Source: an archaeon (lineage in GTDB: Archaea > Iainarchaeota > Iainarchaeia > Iainarchaeales > JAAZKV01). From it: a DNA stretch of 30,647 nucleotides. Position numbers and translations under genes: made by a program. Location of the stretch: the NCBI GenBank assembly GCA_036170245.1, contig JAVHOV010000032.1, forward strand, positions 1-30,647, in the 5' to 3' direction. This document shows, piece by piece, positions 26,422-30,647 of the stretch; within the stretch, counting starts at the first letter, position 1; every line of letters begins with the position of its first letter. Under the pieces are notes generated by a model. That model had not been told where the DNA came from. It saw only the letters and a list, made by a program, of their open reading frames with translations, and searched no databases.

Positions 26422-26423
26422 AT

Positions 26424-26463
26424 AACTATTTTTTAAGTGAGAAGGAGAAATCCTTCTTACTTA
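26424..26463 (+). terminator. AACTATTTTTT tract followed by a 13-bp hairpin with a GAAA tetraloop
   Basis: TAAGTGAGAAGGA-GAAA-TCCTTCTTACTTA directly after the dnaG stop. Confidence 0.65.
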
Positions 26464-26581
26464 TAATATTTTTTAAAATCAAAGCAAGAAATATACTAAG
26501 CTACTACTAAAAAAATTTGAGTAATAAAAAATAAGAAGAGGCAAAAGCAATTTTACTTGCTTTTACCATTTAACTAAAACT

Positions 26582-27043
26582 TTACCTTCTCTTTCCGAAA
26601 GGTCTTGCTACTTGCTCAACTTCTTCAATTGGGATTACTAATGCATTACTGAACATTAAGAATAATGCTAGTAAGAACAAAGCTGCCCAAGCAAAGAAAC
26701 AAGCAACAGGTTCAACTAAAGCAGTTGCAACTTGTCTTGAAGTCATACTTGTCTGCATTGCAGGAATCTGTGCCCCAGTTATTTGGTACAAAGAAGTCTT
26801 ACAATCTTGAAATCTCATTTCAGCTAACAATTGATCTGAACCAACTAAATTAGTTAATTCGTTTACACCAGAGAACTCAACGCATTTATTGAAATCTCTA
26901 ACTGACTGCCAAGAATCAAACATCACAGCAGCTGATTGCACAAGCATTAGAACAGTTATTATTCCTAAAAAAACTCCCAAGACCTGAGTCCAGCGAAATT
27001 CTTTAGTTCCGAGCCTGAGTAAAATAGTTTTACGCACAAACAT
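26582..27043 (-). CDS. Hypothetical two-TM membrane protein
   Basis: Two hydrophobic segments flank a loop with two Cys; ATG 27043 follows AAAGGTG with a CTTAAATA box upstream (the track start 27130 is probably too far upstream). Confidence 0.75.
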   Translation of the reverse strand: MFVRKTILLRLGTKEFRWTQVLGVFLGIITVLMLVQSAAVMFDSWQSVRDFNKCVEFSGVNELTNLVGSDQLLAEMRFQDCKTSLYQITGAQIPAMQTSMTSRQVATALVEPVACFFAWAALFLLALFLMFSNALVIPIEEVEQVARPFGKRR

Positions 27044-27270
27044 CACCTTTAGTAATAACAACCAAAAACCCATATTTAAGCTTATGGCAAAGGGCCAAAA
27101 TGACAAATAAAATAAACTCTTTAATAACAAAATAAATCAAACAAAACTATTTTCAAAACTATCTAAAAAAGCCCTAATCCCTAAAAAAAAGGCAAAAGTC
27201 AAGGTTTAAAAAAACACTCCAAGAAACATTTCTTTAGAGAGCATCAAAGAATGCTTTAAAAAAATAAAAT

Positions 27271-27343
27271 GGGCTCGTAGCCTAGCGGTTATGGCATCAC
27301 CCTTACAAGGTGGGGGTCGTCGGTTCGAATCCGACCGGGCCCA
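27271..27343 (+). tRNA. tRNA-Val(UAC), intronless
   Basis: GGGCTCG/CGGGCCC-A acceptor, TCACC-CTTACAA-GGTGG anticodon arm, GTCGG-TTCGAAT-CCGAC T arm; CCA not encoded. Confidence 0.96.
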
Positions 27344-27367
27344 TTTAATAATTATTAAAAAGAGTCA

Positions 27368-27378
27368 AACTATTTTTT
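27368..27378 (+). terminator. AACTATTTTTT tract after tRNA-Val
   Basis: Same 11-mer, 24 nt after the tRNA end. Confidence 0.55.
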
Positions 27379-27435
27379 CCAAAAAACAAAACCTTTAACC
27401 AAATATTAATAATAACTATAATCTTAGTATAATGC

Positions 27436-29169
27436 ATGAAACAACTTGCATTTCTTTTGCTATTACTATTGAGCATTTCTTTTGTTTACTCAGAAGAAGT
27501 TTTAACAACTGATTCGATTTATCCTACAACTATTGGAGAAATGAGTGCAAGAGTTACGCTGTTTGGAAGCGGAACAATAAGTGGACTCAAAAACGGGGAA
27601 GAGGCAAAATTTCAGACAATAACTTTCCAAAGCACCCCTCTGCAGGACGTGCAAATAATCAAAGAAGAACTGAATGTAAACGGAACTATTTTTTATCCAA
27701 AAACAATACTAGACAAATTCCAAAACAAATATGCTTCTTTTGCCATAACAAAGAATGGGTCTTTTACTTATGAGATAATTGCTGATGTTAACATAAAAGC
27801 AGCAACTCCTGAATTAATTGACATGAATATTGTTTCACCAAGCGAAATGGTAAACCAATATACTCTTGCAAGTGAAAAAGTTGAGAGCAGTTCAATAGAA
27901 ATAATTAACTTAGCAAAAAACAAACTAACTTCAAATAACTTTATTGACACATTAAACACAACTGTTCTTTGGGTAAACGATTACGTAGAATATGCAAAAG
28001 GAAGTGAGTTCAATAAATATTATTTACAGCAAAAAAGTGCAGTCGAAACATTACTCAGCAGAAAAGGGGTTTGTGATGAATTTGCAAACCTTGCAACCGC
28101 AATGCTTAGAGCCAAAAATATTCCAACAAGACTTGCAATAGGAATAACATTTGATGGAACAGCCTGGGGAAACCACGCATGGATTGAAGTATACAACGAA
28201 AAACAAAAAGAATGGCTTCCAAGTGATCCAACATTTAGAGAAACTGGGTTCGTTGATGCAACGCACATAAAAATGGGCTCATTCAGCGATGTATCCCTTT
28301 CACTTGCAAAAGCAACTTACCCCCAAACAGCAAATGTTTCCTTTGATACCCAATCAAAACTTCCCACTGTTGAAATAAAAAATTTGAAATACTTTAGTTT
28401 AGTAACACTGAAAACAAACGAACAGGAAATAAAAGCAAATACTTGGAATGATATAAACATACAAATCACTAATAATACAAACAGAATTCTAAATGCCCCC
28501 TTAAGTATAAGAGAAAATTACAGTGAAATGCTCTTCCAAGAGAAAAGAAAAACAGAAATACTGCAGCCACTTGAAACAAAAGAAGTTACTTTCAAGATAT
28601 ACCCAAATATTAGTCTAGAACAAAATCAACTAGCAAAAGGAACCTTAACATTCAACAGTTTATCCCAACCTGTAAAGCAAAATATTACTATAACAAAAAA
28701 CTCAGATGGGAATAATGGTGAATTAGTTGTAGAAGACATTACTCCCATTACGCATGAAGGAAAATTGCTAATACAAATAAAAGCCACAAATTACTTTAAT
28801 TCAGATAGGGAAATCGACTACAATGTAACAAACAGCACTTTCAAAGAGGACTCAAACGCACTAATCCCTAAATTTAGCTCAAAAATACTTGAAGTTGAAA
28901 TTGATGATTATAAAAAAGAAAATTATCTAGTACAAATAACTACCCCCACAAGCATTTACACTCAAACAATAACCACTGCACAACAAGTCCTAATTACTCC
29001 AAAACCACTCGAAAAACAAACGGTAGTGGAACAAAAAATTGATACAACCGATATAAACGGGACAAAAGAGAATCTGCTAAAGAACCCATTAGTCCTAATG
29101 ATAGGAATACTAATAGTCGTAGGGCTACTCCTAATGGGAATACTTTGGACAAACAAGAGATATGTCTAA
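27436..29169 (+). CDS. Secreted, membrane-anchored transglutaminase-like (Cys-His-Asp) protein
   Basis: Signal peptide, GVCDEFA, HAWIEVY, WLPSDPT, beta-rich C-terminal domains, C-terminal TM helix. Confidence 0.88.
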   Translation: MKQLAFLLLLLLSISFVYSEEVLTTDSIYPTTIGEMSARVTLFGSGTISGLKNGEEAKFQTITFQSTPLQDVQIIKEELNVNGTIFYPKTILDKFQNKYASFAITKNGSFTYEIIADVNIKAATPELIDMNIVSPSEMVNQYTLASEKVESSSIEIINLAKNKLTSNNFIDTLNTTVLWVNDYVEYAKGSEFNKYYLQQKSAVETLLSRKGVCDEFANLATAMLRAKNIPTRLAIGITFDGTAWGNHAWIEVYNEKQKEWLPSDPTFRETGFVDATHIKMGSFSDVSLSLAKATYPQTANVSFDTQSKLPTVEIKNLKYFSLVTLKTNEQEIKANTWNDINIQITNNTNRILNAPLSIRENYSEMLFQEKRKTEILQPLETKEVTFKIYPNISLEQNQLAKGTLTFNSLSQPVKQNITITKNSDGNNGELVVEDITPITHEGKLLIQIKATNYFNSDREIDYNVTNSTFKEDSNALIPKFSSKILEVEIDDYKKENYLVQITTPTSIYTQTITTAQQVLITPKPLEKQTVVEQKIDTTDINGTKENLLKNPLVLMIGILIVVGLLLMGILWTNKRYV

Positions 29170-29252
29170 ACAGTTCAAAAAAGCAGGTTTTTAAACAATA
29201 CCCGAAAGAAGAATAATTATTGGTATTGCGAAGCAATAACTAACAAACAAAA

Positions 29253-29411
29253 GCGATCGTTGTCTAGTGGCTATGATTCGTCCTTGCCACGGCCTTGTTA
29301 AGGCCGGCGAAAGTATTTGCCCTTTGCCTTAAGCAAAGGACAGAAAACTTAAACTGGTTTTCAAGCTGATTCAACTAGGACGGGGCCCGGGTTCAATTCC
29401 CGGCGGTCGCA
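29253..29411 (+). tRNA. tRNA-Gly(GCC) with an ~87-nt intron (29290-29376)
   Basis: GCGATCG/CGGTCGC-A acceptor, CGTCC/GGACG anticodon stem, TTGCCA^A loop, CCGGG-TTCAATT-CCCGG T arm. Confidence 0.88.
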
Positions 29412-29656
29412 TTTATAAAATAAAAAAAGGAAAAAATATGAATTGCAAATTGTGTGAATCGCCTATCAAAAATTATTCCTCTGAATTTAATCACATAAAA
29501 ATTGACCAAACACACGAAATAGATGTTTGTGAAGAGTGTATTGAAAAATTTACTAAATGGCGACAACAAATACTCGCTAAACTATTTCCAACAAAAACCA
29601 TGAAAAAATTTTTAAAAAAATAATACTTCCTCTTACTTTTTAGCGGTCGCACTTAT
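29403..29656 (+). repeat. Direct repeat of the tRNA-Gly 3' end (att-like), copies 240 bp apart
   Basis: GCGGTCGCATTTAT (29403-29416) vs GCGGTCGCACTTAT (29643-29656), 13/14 identical. Confidence 0.7.
29438..29623 (+). CDS. Small CxxC...CxxC zinc-finger protein
   Basis: MNCKLCE...DVCEEC; AAGGA SD; lies between the direct repeats. Confidence 0.75.
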   Translation: MNCKLCESPIKNYSSEFNHIKIDQTHEIDVCEECIEKFTKWRQQILAKLFPTKTMKKFLKK

Positions 29657-29698
29657 CCTTATTTTTAAGAACTATTTCTGATTAGAAAGAATAGAAGT

Positions 29699-30601
29699 TT
29701 ACTTTCTCTTTTTTATTTTACTCTTCTTCGTCACAACAGTTTTCTTGTGCAAAATTCTGTGAGCCAAAATTCTTTTAATTGAAGTTGAAGAATCATGAGT
29801 GCTCTTTAATTGAGCATAAACTGAAGTTATTGCATAATGATATGCTATTATACAAGGCGCCAAAGCAAATGCAGCAGCAACCTTAAACCCAAGTGAAATT
29901 GCCAAAGGTTCTATTAAAAATATTCTTAAGAAAATTGCTACAAAAACACCTAATGCAAGAGTGACAAAAGAAAACATCAAAAATATTAATACAAGAACCC
30001 ATAACACAGGAGAAAATGATTTAACCATTTGACCATGAGTAAGAGACCAAGATTTCAGGATAGCCTCTTTAGTCGAAAGCCCATCATTACAAAATATAGT
30101 TGAAGAAAAGAAAATTCTTCCAAAATTATAAACTACCATTAATGCATAAATTGAAACTGAAACAAATAGAGGAAAAACCCACAAAGACGCTGGAAGATAA
30201 GATGCTAAAATAAAAAACAATGCACTTGAAATTAAATACAAAATTTGAGAAACTCTTAATTTTGAATTAATATTCCAAATAAAAACATAAAAACACTCCA
30301 AAAAAACCAATTTTATCAAACCAACTATTTTGCCTAAACTCATGTCAGCTACTTTTTCATTTTTGCTTCTCAAACAATACTGAATAAGCACAATTAAACC
30401 TAAAAATAAAGTAAAGTAAAGCACACTGTAAAGACACACTGCAATTGGTTTGGTTGCAGAATTATATACTAAATCTTTCTCAAATATCTGCGGTAAAATC
30501 AAAAGAAAAGGCAATGAAACCCAAAAAAATAATAAAAACAATTTAGCTTTTTCAATAGACATCCAAGAATATGCAGAAGCAACAATCTTTTTGTAATCCA
30601 T
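29699..30601 (-). CDS. Multi-pass membrane protein with a basic C-terminal tail
   Basis: About 6 hydrophobic segments, EAILKSWSLT.G motif, upstream TTTTTATA box. Confidence 0.8.
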   Translation of the reverse strand: MDYKKIVASAYSWMSIEKAKLFLLFFWVSLPFLLILPQIFEKDLVYNSATKPIAVCLYSVLYFTLFLGLIVLIQYCLRSKNEKVADMSLGKIVGLIKLVFLECFYVFIWNINSKLRVSQILYLISSALFFILASYLPASLWVFPLFVSVSIYALMVVYNFGRIFFSSTIFCNDGLSTKEAILKSWSLTHGQMVKSFSPVLWVLVLIFLMFSFVTLALGVFVAIFLRIFLIEPLAISLGFKVAAAFALAPCIIAYHYAITSVYAQLKSTHDSSTSIKRILAHRILHKKTVVTKKSKIKKRK

Positions 30602-30647
30602 AATTTAGAACATGGCTTCTGCCATATAAAAACATTACTATTCAAAC

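Noticed and set aside
199..29236. Numerous antisense or overlapping ORFs in the track (e.g. 7072..7545, 18002..18523, 24996..25397, 25808..26122, 8804..9022)
   Set aside because: They are shadows of well-supported genes, typically Phe/Ser/Leu-rich mirrors of Lys/Glu-rich coding strands, with no motifs or start signals
29290..29376. Box C/D guide RNA in the tRNA-Gly intron
   Set aside because: CTGA is present but there is no convincing RUGAUGA box C or internal C'/D' pair

Overview
This is an AT-rich archaeal chromosomal segment. Archaeal-type CCA enzyme, aEF-1beta, Rpo6, eS17, Hjc, HerA/NurA/Rad50, DnaG, intron-containing tRNAs and TATA-box promoters identify it as archaeal. The compact layout and many basic orphan ORFs suggest a DPANN lineage such as Iainarchaeota/Diapherotrites (inference). 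It carries tRNA-maturation genes (taw3, thpR, cca), a lone secretion/pilus ATPase, cysE, three tRNAs (two with introns), an ArsR-iscS-iscU operon with a clear operator, pth2, an RbgA-like GTPase, hjc, dnaG, a surface transglutaminase-like protein, and three arrays of tandem paralogous orphan genes. The most striking signal is a candidate DNA-repair regulon. A catalytically dead family-B polymerase homolog lacks the exonuclease and thumb domains but keeps a Cys cluster around a 112-aa insert, and lies directly downstream of herA. The separate promoters of this gene, herA and nurA each carry the same CGGCAAWTT element 12 nt upstream of the TATA box. Other highlights are an 87-nt multi-hairpin tRNA-Gly intron, a 240-bp islet bounded by a duplicated tRNA 3' end, a kinase/pseudokinase-like pair, and a recurrent AACTATTTTTT terminator word. 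All calls come from reading motifs by eye; no searches were run.
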